From: Candidatus Dormiibacterota bacterium
GTDB taxonomy: Bacteria; Chloroflexota; Dormibacteria; CF-121
Direction of reading: 5' to 3'
DNA length: 64,000 nt
Assembly (NCBI GenBank): GCA_036782775.1
Contig: DAIPYJ010000007.1
Location: 1,082-65,081 of the forward strand
Shown here: positions 26,378 through 35,633 of the stretch, in pieces
How the letters are laid out: each line of letters starts with the position of its first letter
Numbering within the stretch: position 1 is the stretch's first letter
Program-made: the position numbers and the translations under genes
Notes under the pieces: generated by a model
What the model saw: the letters and a program-made list of their open reading frames with translations, nothing else
What the model was told of the DNA's origin: nothing
Database searches by the model: none

Positions 26378-27232
26378 GTGAAACTGACGGGCCCGCTGCT
26401 GCGCGAAGTCGTCGGCATCCGGCGAATCGTCGCGCTGGCGATTCTGCTCGCGGCGGTAGCCGCCGTCGCTTACCTGGAGCGGTCGGTCGCCGGTGACATC
26501 GATCTCCGTCTGGTCTATTTCTTGATCGTCCTCTCGGGCGCGATGCTGCTGCCGCGGATGGTCGCGTTGAGCGTGGCGGCGGCGGTCGCGGTCGTCAGCG
26601 TCGGGGTTAGTGGCGCCCAGGGCATGAGCCTGGCTATCAACGGCGTCACCCATCTGCTGATGTACGGCTACGCGGCGCTGCTCACCAACAACTGGGAGCA
26701 GGAACGCCGGCGCCTGATGCGGATGAGCCGGGTCGACGACCTCACCGGGCTCTACAACCTGCGCGCTCTCAAGGAGCAACTGCCGATCTGGCTGGGACCG
26801 GCGGCGCGGACCGGCCGGCGCATGACGGTGATGATGATGGACATCGACGGCTTCAAAGAGGTCAACGACCGGCTCGGCCATGGTACCGGCAACGAGCTGC
26901 TCAAAGAAGTCGCCAACCTGCTTCGCTTCGCCGTGCGCATCGGCGACGAACCCTTCCGCTTCGGGGGCGACGAGTTCGTCTTGCTGCTGGCCGACGCCGA
27001 CGCCGACGGAGCCATGGTGGTCGGGACCCGCATCCAGGACATCTACCGCTCCATGGGACAGACGCTCCGCGGCACCAATATCGACGTCTCGTTCAGCGTC
27101 GGTCTCGCGATTTTTCCCGATGATGGCGCCACCCCTGAGCTGCTGCTGGCGCGCGCCGATCAAGCGCTCTATCAGGCGAAGCGGAGCGGCGCCGGCAAGA
27201 TCGCCCGTTACCGCGAATCTGCCGCCGCCTGA
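26378..27232 (+). CDS. membrane-anchored GGDEF diguanylate cyclase (possibly the downstream part of a disrupted fusion with the preceding ORF)
   Basis: About 110 aa of TM helices, then a GGDEF domain (RFGGDEFVLLL, with an intact RxxD-like I-site region). The GTG start has no SD and is in frame with the upstream ORF, 10 codons past its TAA. Confidence 0.65.
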   Translation: MKLTGPLLREVVGIRRIVALAILLAAVAAVAYLERSVAGDIDLRLVYFLIVLSGAMLLPRMVALSVAAAVAVVSVGVSGAQGMSLAINGVTHLLMYGYAALLTNNWEQERRRLMRMSRVDDLTGLYNLRALKEQLPIWLGPAARTGRRMTVMMMDIDGFKEVNDRLGHGTGNELLKEVANLLRFAVRIGDEPFRFGGDEFVLLLADADADGAMVVGTRIQDIYRSMGQTLRGTNIDVSFSVGLAIFPDDGATPELLLARADQALYQAKRSGAGKIARYRESAAA

Positions 27233-27238
27233 ACCTCT

Positions 27239-28258
27239 CTAGCGGCAAGTCCAGGACTGCGTGAGCGCAGGCGCAGAGTAGAACGGGCTGATGAAAATCA
27301 ACTGGACGGTGCCCGACGAGTTGGGGTGCACATAGCTGTCGGTGATCACGTGCGCGTTCGTGTCGCCGGCCGCGACCACCAGCGAACCCGAGTGGACGGT
27401 GACCACGCTGTTGCCGCTACTGTTCGTGTCTTTGTAGATCCAGGTATATCTCACGGTGCCCCCCGGGCCGCCGGCCTGCATCCGGAAGGTGCCGGTGGTG
27501 TTAACGGTGGTCATGGTGCATTTGTCCGAGCCGTTCTGTGAGAGGCTCGCACTGTCCGACGCGCTGGCGATCGCGAACGGCCCTGAGGGTGTGGGTGTTG
27601 GAGTCGGTGTGGGTGTGGGTGTTGGTGTTGGGGTCGGAGTGGGTGTGGGCGTGGGCGTCGGCGTTGGTGTGGGCGTCGGCGTCGGCGTGGGGGTGGGCGT
27701 TGGAGTTGGCGTGGGCGTGGGCGTCGGCGTGGGCGTCGGCGCTGCGCTCGGCGTCGGAGAAGCGCCGGGCGTCGGCGAGGCGCTCGGGCTGGGCGATGGG
27801 GAGGCGCTCGGGCTGGCGGACGCGCTCGGCGACGGCGACGCACCGGCCGATGGCGAGGCGGTTGGGCTCGACGACGCCGATGGTCTCGGACTGCTGCTGC
27901 CGGAGGTCGAGGCTGCCGGCGTCGTGCTCGGCCGCAACGCGATCAGCGGACGCGAGGTCGTGTTAGGCCGCGCGGCGAAAAATCGCGGTGGCAGGTTGAA
28001 GGTCGGGACCAACAACCAGAAGGGAGCGTGGGGGTCGTCGGCAAAGTAGAGGCTCGCGTCCGGCTCAGCGGCGCTGCCGCTGGCGTCGATCCGGAAAGGA
28101 CCGACTTCCCAATCGGGTGGGATGGCGCGCACCAGGAAGAAGAGGACGATCAGGCCGAAGAAGAACAAGAGGAAGCCGAACTTCCGGCGCCGCTTGCGCT
28201 CGTCCGCCTGCTCTTCTTCCGTCTGCGGTTGGATGGCGCGCCTGAATGGGAGTCGCAT
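27239..28258 (-). CDS. membrane-anchored protein with long Ser/Pro/Thr linker and small C-terminal beta domain (hypothetical)
   Basis: N-terminal basic stretch plus one TM (FGFLLFFFGLIVLFFLV), about 110 aa of (SP)/(PT) repeats, and a Cys-containing C-terminal domain. Confidence 0.5.
   Translation of the reverse strand: MRLPFRRAIQPQTEEEQADERKRRRKFGFLLFFFGLIVLFFLVRAIPPDWEVGPFRIDASGSAAEPDASLYFADDPHAPFWLLVPTFNLPPRFFAARPNTTSRPLIALRPSTTPAASTSGSSSPRPSASSSPTASPSAGASPSPSASASPSASPSPSPSASPTPGASPTPSAAPTPTPTPTPTPTPTPTPTPTPTPTPTPTPTPTPTPTPTPTPTPTPTPTPTPSGPFAIASASDSASLSQNGSDKCTMTTVNTTGTFRMQAGGPGGTVRYTWIYKDTNSSGNSVVTVHSGSLVVAAGDTNAHVITDSYVHPNSSGTVQLIFISPFYSAPALTQSWTCR
27589..27740. repeat. hexanucleotide tandem repeat (GGNGTNGG)n encoding a (PT)n linker
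   Basis: The repeat ggtgtgggtgttgg... is visible directly. A shorter copy of the same repeat type lies at about 5211-5290 inside the phosphoesterase gene. Confidence 0.8.
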
Positions 28259-28375
28259 CCTGCGCCCACGCTACTGCGAGGCGATTACGGCACTTGTTTC
28301 GCGCGTGGCCGCGCAGCCATGGCGCGGTGACAGCCTTGTCGCAGGAGATTTACAAGCTTGCTGCTGCGAGCGGGA

Positions 28376-28723
28376 TCAGCCCGGCGGCCAGGCCATGCCC
28401 CGTCCGCCGAGCAGGTGCAGATGCAAGTGGTAGACGCTCTGTCCCGCTTGCGGCCCTTTGTTCAGCACCAGGCGATATCCCTCGCGGTCGACCTTACGCT
28501 CGTCGGCGATCTGGTTCGCCACCGCGAACATCCGAGACAGCATGGCGGAATGGTCGCCGCTCAACTCGTGGACCGACGGGATGTGCTCCTTCGGAATGAT
28601 CAAGACGTGCGTCGGCGCCACCGGCCGGATATCCTCGAACGCAACCACCCCTTCGTCGCGGAACACTTCCTTTGCCGGGATCTCCTTGTTGAAGATCTTG
28701 CAGAACAAGCAGTCTTCGGGCAT
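28376..28723 (-). CDS. HIT-family (histidine triad) nucleotide hydrolase
   Basis: CLFCKI... and HLHLHLLGG (the HxHxHxx motif). Confidence 0.85.
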   Translation of the reverse strand: MPEDCLFCKIFNKEIPAKEVFRDEGVVAFEDIRPVAPTHVLIIPKEHIPSVHELSGDHSAMLSRMFAVANQIADERKVDREGYRLVLNKGPQAGQSVYHLHLHLLGGRGMAWPPG

Positions 28724-28732
28724 GCGGCCAGC

Positions 28733-29962
28733 TTACGCGCAGAGCAGCCCGTCGGCCACGCTCGCGACCGGCTCGACGCGAGCCAGCGCCCCCAGCGTCT
28801 GCGCCCGTTCGGGCGCGTAAACCGTGATGTAGTTATCGCTCAGCCCGCGAACGCGATGGGGCAGGCGTCGGTCCCAGACGACGTCGAGGGGCCGCCCGAC
28901 AAAGCGCGCCTCATAAGCGCGGCGCTGCTCCTCCGCCTGGGACTGCAGCCGATGACTGCGCTCCCGACTCACCGGGTCGTCGACTGGCAGCCCGAGTCGT
29001 GGAGCAGCGGTTCCCGCGCGCGGCGAGTAGCGGAAGACGTGCATGCCGCTCAAGCCGGCTTCCTCCGCAATCGACCGCGTTTGCGCAAAGTCCTCGTCGG
29101 TCTCACCGGGAAAGCCGACGATAACATCGGCGGTGATCGCCAGCTCGGGTGATTGCCGACGAAGCGCCGTCGCCAGCCGAAGATAGTCGGCCCGGCGATA
29201 GAGCCGGCCCATTCGTTTCAGAACGCGATCGCTTCCCGACTGCAGCGGGATATGCAGATGGCGGCAAAAGCGAGGTTCCCCAGCGAGTTCGATCAGGTCG
29301 GGGGTGAAGTCGTTCGCATTGACCGAGCTCAGCCGCAGACGCGCGGGAGCGATGGCGTCGAGCAGGCGCCGAACCAGGCCGGCCAGCGTTTCGCCTCGCT
29401 CCCGACCGAAGGAGCCGAGGTCGACGCCCGTGAGCACGACCTCGCCGTATCCGTCGGCGACTGCCTGGCGCGCGCGTTCGACCAGGTGGTTCGAATCGTC
29501 GCTGACCGACTGGCCGCGGGTTCGCCAGACGATGCAGTAGGTGCAGCGGTGGTTACAGCCGTCCTGCACTTTGAGAAAGAACCGCGACCGGCTGAACGCG
29601 CTCGACCCGGCCGCTTCGCCAGGCGAGAAGTTGGCGCTGATGTAGTCGAAAATCTCGCGTTTTCGAGCATTCGAAAAACTGATGTCGGCCGACGGCACTG
29701 CCGATAGGCGCGGAGTCGGATTGTCGACGTGACAGCCGGTCAGCACGATGTGGGTGGAAGGCTGTCGTCGTCGAAGGCCGTGGACCATCGTGCGCAGCTT
29801 GCGGTCCGCCTGCGCCGTCACCGTACAGCTGTTGATGACGCAGATCTCGGCGCCCTCCTGGTCCTCTGAGACGGTAAAACCGGCACGGGCGAGGCGATCA
29901 CCGAGCTCGACCATCTCCGCGAAATTGACCTTGCAGCCGAGCGTTTGCAGCGCGACCTTCAT
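28733..29962 (-). CDS. MiaB/RimO-family radical-SAM methylthiotransferase (MtaB-like)
   Basis: MKVALQTLGCKVNFAEME (MTTase N-domain), a CxxxCxxC radical SAM cluster, and a TRAM-like C-terminus. ATG at 29960-29962 overlaps the rsmE stop (ATGA). Confidence 0.75.
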   Translation of the reverse strand: MKVALQTLGCKVNFAEMVELGDRLARAGFTVSEDQEGAEICVINSCTVTAQADRKLRTMVHGLRRRQPSTHIVLTGCHVDNPTPRLSAVPSADISFSNARKREIFDYISANFSPGEAAGSSAFSRSRFFLKVQDGCNHRCTYCIVWRTRGQSVSDDSNHLVERARQAVADGYGEVVLTGVDLGSFGRERGETLAGLVRRLLDAIAPARLRLSSVNANDFTPDLIELAGEPRFCRHLHIPLQSGSDRVLKRMGRLYRRADYLRLATALRRQSPELAITADVIVGFPGETDEDFAQTRSIAEEAGLSGMHVFRYSPRAGTAAPRLGLPVDDPVSRERSHRLQSQAEEQRRAYEARFVGRPLDVVWDRRLPHRVRGLSDNYITVYAPERAQTLGALARVEPVASVADGLLCA

Positions 29963-30669
29963 GATCGTTGGACGAGGATAGCAGCGGCCACGATCGGCGC
30001 CAGCCGCGCCCGCAAGATCCGCGGGCCAAGGTGCACTTCGATGCCGCCGCGCTCGCGCATCAGCGATCGCTCCTCGTCGCTCCAACCACCTTCCGGACCG
30101 ATCGCCAGCGCGTAGGCGGGAACCCTGTCAACCGCAACCAGTGCCCTGGTTGCTCGCGGGTCCAGCACGAGCAACTGATTCATTCCCGCGACCGCGTCGA
30201 CGGCGGCCTCGAGCGAGATCGGCCCGCGCAGCTCCGGCGCCCGGCCGCGATGGCTCTGTTCGGCGGCCGAGACCGCAATCGTTTGCCAGCGGCTGAGGCG
30301 GCTGGCAGCCGGACGGGCAATCGAGCGCGCCGCCTGCACGGCGATCACCTGGCTGACGCCGACCGCGGTCGCGGACTCGATCACTGCGTCGAAGTCCGGA
30401 TTCGGCAGCACCGCCTGGAGCAAGGTCACGCTCACCGACGGCTCACCGCCGATCGGCCGCCGTTCCAGCACCTGGGCTTTGACCGTCCCGTCGGCGACCT
30501 CGGACACCGCGACGTGATGCTCGATGCCCTCGGCCACCACCACGCCCTGCTCGCCAACTCGAACCCGAAGCACCCGCGCCAGGTGATGGCCCTTGCCGCC
30601 CGAGATCACGAGCTGATCGGTTTGTGGGCGGGTCTGGTCGAGCAGCAGCCAGAACAATGCCGTGCCCAT
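29959..30669 (-). CDS. rsmE: 16S rRNA (uracil1498-N3)-methyltransferase RsmE
   Basis: Shows the RsmE family pattern, including the C-terminal ...LAIGPEGGWSDEE motif. The ATG at 30667-30669 is preferred over the TTG at 30687. Confidence 0.7.
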   Translation of the reverse strand: MGTALFWLLLDQTRPQTDQLVISGGKGHHLARVLRVRVGEQGVVVAEGIEHHVAVSEVADGTVKAQVLERRPIGGEPSVSVTLLQAVLPNPDFDAVIESATAVGVSQVIAVQAARSIARPAASRLSRWQTIAVSAAEQSHRGRAPELRGPISLEAAVDAVAGMNQLLVLDPRATRALVAVDRVPAYALAIGPEGGWSDEERSLMRERGGIEVHLGPRILRARLAPIVAAAILVQRS

Positions 30670-30686
30670 GCTATCCGTCCACGCCA

Positions 30687-32864
30687 ATGGAAGGCTCTGC
30701 TATTGGCGTTGTATCCCGCAGCATGGCGCAGCCCGAGCTGCCTCGCGACCTCCACCGCGCGACCTTCAAGATCGCCGCCGTCTCTTTCTGGGCGGTCTCG
30801 GCGCTCGTCATGGCGAGCAGCTACGTCGCCAGCAGCGTGCCGGTCAACTACGCAGTCGAGTGGGCGATCACCGCCCTCGCCGTCGTCGCCGGCCTGGTGT
30901 GCTGGTTTCTTCCCTGGCAGCAGATCCCGCTGACGTGGTTTGTTCCCATCGTGTTTGGTGGGCTCGGGATGGAGACCATCGGCGTCTTCGCCACCGGCGG
31001 AACCCACTCTCACTTAACCGTCCTCTATCTGGTCGTGCTCGTCTTCACCGCCTCGATGCTGGCCTTCAGGGTGGCGCTCGCGGTGCTCGCCTACTCGATC
31101 CTCGCGGGCGTGCTGCCGCTCGTCGTCGACGGATGGGATGGCACCTACGTCCGCGCCTACATCATGCTGATCGCCTCGATGGTGATTTGCGCCTTCATTC
31201 CGGCACTGGTGCGGCGCGCGCTTCGGGAGGAGAACCAGCTGGCTGAGCGTCGCCGCGAGGAGCTCGAAGCCAGCTATCTCGCGACCATCGAGGCGCTGGC
31301 CACCGCGCTGGATGCGAAGGACCGGCATACCGAAGCGCACTCCCGCGAGACAGCTGCCCTTTCTCGAGCCGTCGGCCGCCGGTTGGGGCTCGAGGAAGAA
31401 CGATTGCGGTTTCTCGAGTACGCCGCGCTGCTCCACGACATCGGCAAGATCGGGATTCCCGGCTATGTGCTCAACAAGCCGGGGGCGCTCGATGCGGAGG
31501 AGATGGCGATCATGCGCGAGCATCCGGTGATCGGTGAGCGGATCGTCGCCTCGGTCCCATTTCTGAAGCGCATCCGGCCCATCGTCCGGGCCGAGCACGA
31601 GCGCTGGGACGGCGGCGGCTATCCGGATCGGCTGAACGGCGAGGCAATCCCGGTCGAAGCTCGCATCATCCACGCCTGCGATGCCTTTCAGGCGATGTCG
31701 AGCAACCGGCCGTATCGCCGGGCACAGCCGCTCGACTGGATCCTCAAAGAGATTCGCGGCCAGGCCGGCAAGCAGTTCGATCCCGCCGTCGCCGAGGCGT
31801 TACTGGCGGTGATCGAGGAGCGCGAGGTCGTCATCCAGGGCACCGCCGAATCCAACGATCACGAAGACCGGCCGCTCCCCGAGGCGCATTCGTGGACGCA
31901 GCACCTCGATGCGATCCAGCAGCTGGGAGCGCGGCTCTCGAGCGTGGTGGACGTGCCCGAGGTTTGCCAGACGATCGGGCAGGCCATCACCGAGCTGCTC
32001 CCCTACGACCAGTGCCGCGTCTACCTCCTGGAAGACGACCGCCGAACCCTTCGGGCTGCCTACTTCAGCGACAGCAATCGCGACGAGTACGAAGGGGTCA
32101 CCGAAGAAACGCTGGCGGCCCAAATCGGTGAAGGCATCACCGGTTGGGTGGCGGAGACCAAGCAGGGCGCGCTGGTCGGCGACACCGAGCGCCATCCCAG
32201 GGCGGTGCACATCCCGGGAACAACCGAGACCGAGGAATCGATGCTGGCGGTGCCCGTGATCTTCGAGGAGCGCCTGATCGGCGTCATCGTCATCGTCAAG
32301 GTGGGCCTGCACCAGTACAACGGCGACCATCTCCGCCTGTTGACGATCCTCGCCAATCAGGCGGCCGTTTCCATTCAGAACGCGCGCTTGATCGAGCGGC
32401 TGGAAACCACCGCGCGGACCGACCCGCTGACCGGGCTGGCCAACCGGCGGGCGTTCGAGCAGGAGCTCGAAGAGCATCTGGGAGCTGTGCCTAGCCAGCC
32501 GTTCGCCGTGATCATGCTCGACCTGGACGACCTCAAACAGGTGAACGACGAGGATGGCCACGCGGCCGGCGATGCCGTCTTGAAGCGGGTGGCCTCAGTG
32601 CTCGGCGATGGGCTGCGTGAGGGAGACATCGTGACCCGCTGGGGTGGCGACGAATTCGTCTTGCTGCTCCCGGGAATGGATCAGGTCGGTGCCTTGTCGA
32701 TGGCCCGGCGAGTCAGTGGGACGCTATTGGGATCCGAGCACGGCGGCCGATCCGTCTCCGTGTCGATCGGGATCGCGGTCTTCCCCTCGGACGGCACGAC
32801 GGCGGACGCGCTGCTTGCCGCCGCCGACCGCTCGATGTACGCCGAGAAGCGGCAGGTCGCCTAA
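30687..32864 (+). CDS. membrane sensor with HD-GYP, GAF and GGDEF domains
   Basis: Seven or so N-terminal TM helices. HD-GYP domain (LLHDIGKIGIP, EHERWDGGGYPDRL), then GAF and GGDEF (RWGGDEFVLLLPG). Start is ambiguous (30687 or 30723). Confidence 0.75.
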   Translation: MEGSAIGVVSRSMAQPELPRDLHRATFKIAAVSFWAVSALVMASSYVASSVPVNYAVEWAITALAVVAGLVCWFLPWQQIPLTWFVPIVFGGLGMETIGVFATGGTHSHLTVLYLVVLVFTASMLAFRVALAVLAYSILAGVLPLVVDGWDGTYVRAYIMLIASMVICAFIPALVRRALREENQLAERRREELEASYLATIEALATALDAKDRHTEAHSRETAALSRAVGRRLGLEEERLRFLEYAALLHDIGKIGIPGYVLNKPGALDAEEMAIMREHPVIGERIVASVPFLKRIRPIVRAEHERWDGGGYPDRLNGEAIPVEARIIHACDAFQAMSSNRPYRRAQPLDWILKEIRGQAGKQFDPAVAEALLAVIEEREVVIQGTAESNDHEDRPLPEAHSWTQHLDAIQQLGARLSSVVDVPEVCQTIGQAITELLPYDQCRVYLLEDDRRTLRAAYFSDSNRDEYEGVTEETLAAQIGEGITGWVAETKQGALVGDTERHPRAVHIPGTTETEESMLAVPVIFEERLIGVIVIVKVGLHQYNGDHLRLLTILANQAAVSIQNARLIERLETTARTDPLTGLANRRAFEQELEEHLGAVPSQPFAVIMLDLDDLKQVNDEDGHAAGDAVLKRVASVLGDGLREGDIVTRWGGDEFVLLLPGMDQVGALSMARRVSGTLLGSEHGGRSVSVSIGIAVFPSDGTTADALLAAADRSMYAEKRQVA

Positions 32865-33328
32865 GCCGAAAGGCCGGCACGCTCGCCGATCGACCAGGCG
32901 GCGAGATCCCGGCTCAGCGTGTTGAGCGTCAGGTCGGCATGGACGACGTAATCGTTCGGCTCGGTGCAAAAACCCGCGGCCGCGAACGCACGGGCGTTCT
33001 GGGTCGAGAGGATGATCACCGGCAGCATCTTTGTCGATGGGTCGCTTCGCAGTGCGCGGAGCGTCGCCATCGCTGTCTCTTCGTGACGCTGCGTATCGAG
33101 AAAGACGAGCTCAGGTCGAATGGTTGTCGCCATTTGCATCGCGTCTTCACCCGGCGTCACGATCGTCACGGCGTAGCCGTCGAGTTCAAGTTTGAGCTTG
33201 TACATCTCGGCGACATCGGGATCGTCCTCGATGAAGAGCACGCGGATCGTGTCGTCGGCGACGTGGGATGTTGTAGCCAAGGGTGCCTCCTGCCTCAGCG
33301 CGTACCGCGACTGCCGTCCTTGCTCCAA
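32861..33328 (-). CDS. single-domain response regulator receiver protein
   Basis: IRVLFIEDDPDVAEMY...LVFLD...K is receiver-like. The start is uncertain. Confidence 0.5.
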   Translation of the reverse strand: MEQGRQSRYALRQEAPLATTSHVADDTIRVLFIEDDPDVAEMYKLKLELDGYAVTIVTPGEDAMQMATTIRPELVFLDTQRHEETAMATLRALRSDPSTKMLPVIILSTQNARAFAAAGFCTEPNDYVVHADLTLNTLSRDLAAWSIGERAGLSA

Positions 33329-33371
33329 CTATCCGGCCGAAAGGCTCGGCGTGTCAATGGTGCAGTCGCTG

Positions 33372-34109
33372 CTACTCCGCCTGGTAGGGTTGCCGCACTT
33401 CCTCGGGGAGCTCGTACCAGCTGATGCGATCGCCGACGCGCGCACGCAGCTTCCATTTCACCGACTTCGGCTGCGCCTCGATCTGCTCCCAGATCGCATC
33501 CAGCCGTTGATTGATCAGGGCGCCGTCGACGGCAAGCTCGGCCGCCGCGGTGCGCACTTTTTGCGTGTTCAGTTGCAGTGTTCGATACAATCCCCAATCC
33601 TCCGCGGTGAGCCGCGCAAGGTATTTCGCATTGATCGCATCGTCGTCATGCTCGGCCACGGCGTGATCGAGGAGAAGGGCGATCGAATCCACGAGGTCCT
33701 TCATGTTGACCTCGTAGACCTGCAGCTTGCTGATCAAGAGGTCGACCGGCGTCAGGGTCGGGCCATCGTGCCCGAGGCGGCCACCGAGCTCAACGACGTG
33801 GCACATCTTCATCCGGTCGATGAAGACGTCGACCTGGCGCCCATTTGCGGCGTCGAGATAGAGCAGGCGTTGATGCCCGTTCAGCAGGTTGAAGCGCGCC
33901 TCGCCTTCGTAACCCAGCGAGTCAAAGAGCTTTTGGACGGCCGGTCGCTGCTTGGCCGGCGCGACGAAATCGAGGTCGCCATACTTGCGCTTCAGCGGCG
34001 GTCGCCGGGCGCTCGGTGAATGCAGGTTGATGGCGGCCCCGCCGACCAGTTTCAAGTGCAGGCCCGCCGCTTTCGCCGCGGCGGCGACACGTTCGCCCTC
34101 GGCGACCAC
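33372..34109 (-). CDS. nucleotidyltransferase-fold protein (hypothetical)
   Basis: LVGGAAINLH...KYGDLDFV matches the minimal hGG...DxD NTase motif. No further assignment is possible. Confidence 0.35.
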   Translation of the reverse strand: MVAEGERVAAAAKAAGLHLKLVGGAAINLHSPSARRPPLKRKYGDLDFVAPAKQRPAVQKLFDSLGYEGEARFNLLNGHQRLLYLDAANGRQVDVFIDRMKMCHVVELGGRLGHDGPTLTPVDLLISKLQVYEVNMKDLVDSIALLLDHAVAEHDDDAINAKYLARLTAEDWGLYRTLQLNTQKVRTAAAELAVDGALINQRLDAIWEQIEAQPKSVKWKLRARVGDRISWYELPEEVRQPYQAE

Positions 34110-34144
34110 GTCGGCGAGAGGGACGCTGATTTCGGTCGCCAGCT

Positions 34145-35614
34145 TCAGCGCTCCTCGACGTCGATGATGATCGTCTTCAGGTCGGTCATCTGCTCGATCG
34201 CGCGGTGGCCGCCGACCCGGCCAATCCCGCTTTCCTTACCGGCGCGGCCACCGAAGGGGATGTGTGCCTCCCAGTAGTTGGATGATTCGTTGACGTTGAC
34301 CCAGCCCGTCTCGAGCCGCTTGGCGAAGCGCAAGGCGCGATCGATATCGCGCGTGTAGACCGACCCAAGCAGGCCGTAGGGTGAGTCGTTCGCAATCTGC
34401 AGCGCATCGGACTCATCAGCAAAAGGAATGATCGGCGCGATCGGCCCGAAGGTCTCTTCCCGGCTGACCCGCATCGCGGGCGACACGTCGCGCAGCACCG
34501 TCGCTTCGTAAAAGAGCCGGGTCGGAAAGCCTTCCGCGCGATGACCGCCGACCACGACCTTCGCGCCGCGTTCAACCGCATCGGCGACGTGCTCGTCCAT
34601 CTTGGTGGCGACGCCCTCGTTGTTGAGCGGGCCCATGGTGGTCTGGTCATCGAAGGGATCGCCAAGCCTGGTTCCGCCGGACAGCGCCTGCTCTAGCTTG
34701 TCGATGAACTCGTCCTGCGCGGCCCGCTGGACCAGGATCCGCTCTCCGGCGGTGCAGCTCTGGCCGGCGCAGAGGAAGCAGCCCGTGATCGTTCCCGCGA
34801 CGGCGCGATCAAGGCTGGCGTCGTCGAAGACGACGATCGGGCCATTGCCTCCGAGCTCGAGCATGACGTGCTTGCCGGCGGCGCGGCTGGCCACCGACCG
34901 GCCGGTCCTAGTCGAGCCGACGAATCCGACGCCGGCAACCAGCGGATGCCCGGCGATTTCGTCGCCGACGACCGGGCCGGGACCGGTGACGAGGTTGATC
35001 GCTCCGGCGGGCAGATCGGCCTCCGCGAAGCATTCCATCAGCTTCACCGAGATGGCAGCGGTCGAGGGCGCCGGCGTCCAGACGACGGTGTTGCCGCCGG
35101 CGAGCGCCGGCGCGATCACCTCGGTCGCCATCGTCAGCGGCCAGTTCCAGGGGGTGATCACGGAGTAGACGCCGCGAGGCACGCGCAGCGTGAAAACCAG
35201 CTTGTTGCGCGCCGCCGAGGGGATGACGTTCGTCTCCAGGCGCCTGATGTCCTCGGCGGCGATCTTGAAGTACTCGATCGCCTCTCCCACCTCGCCCACC
35301 GCCTCTGCCTTGTACGGCTTGCCCTGATCGAGCGTCAGCCAGTGGGCCAGGTCGTCCCGGTGGCGCTCCATGATGTCGGCGATGCGGTGCAGCAACGCGG
35401 CCCGCTCGAAGGCACCGAGCTCAGCCATGGCCGGCCGGGCGCGGTAGGCTTCCTTGACCGCGCGCTCCGCGTCCTCGCGGTTGCCCGTCGGAATGGTGGC
35501 GATCACGTCGCCGCTCGCCGGGCTGGTCGCCTCGAAGGTCTCGCCACTCCGGGAGTCGACCCACTGTCCGCCGATAAACATCTTCATGGTTTGGGTCTTT
35601 TCGACGAGCTTCAT
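34145..35614 (-). CDS. NAD(P)-dependent aldehyde dehydrogenase (betaine-aldehyde dehydrogenase candidate, GbsA-like)
   Basis: ALDH superfamily with catalytic Cys in FLCAGQSCTAG and the Glu motif ELGGNGP. Confidence 0.75.
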   Translation of the reverse strand: MKLVEKTQTMKMFIGGQWVDSRSGETFEATSPASGDVIATIPTGNREDAERAVKEAYRARPAMAELGAFERAALLHRIADIMERHRDDLAHWLTLDQGKPYKAEAVGEVGEAIEYFKIAAEDIRRLETNVIPSAARNKLVFTLRVPRGVYSVITPWNWPLTMATEVIAPALAGGNTVVWTPAPSTAAISVKLMECFAEADLPAGAINLVTGPGPVVGDEIAGHPLVAGVGFVGSTRTGRSVASRAAGKHVMLELGGNGPIVVFDDASLDRAVAGTITGCFLCAGQSCTAGERILVQRAAQDEFIDKLEQALSGGTRLGDPFDDQTTMGPLNNEGVATKMDEHVADAVERGAKVVVGGHRAEGFPTRLFYEATVLRDVSPAMRVSREETFGPIAPIIPFADESDALQIANDSPYGLLGSVYTRDIDRALRFAKRLETGWVNVNESSNYWEAHIPFGGRAGKESGIGRVGGHRAIEQMTDLKTIIIDVEER

Positions 35615-35633
35615 GCCCTGTTACTCAGCCTCC

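Noticed and set aside
26378-26710. TM region of the GGDEF protein as a degenerate peptidase-A24 domain
   Set aside because: A GDIDL stretch loosely recalls the first catalytic Asp region of PilD, but the second Asp motif (GGGDxKL) is absent (GAQGMSLAI instead). Similarity is insufficient by eye and needs HMM testing. It is reported only as a hypothesis in the findings.
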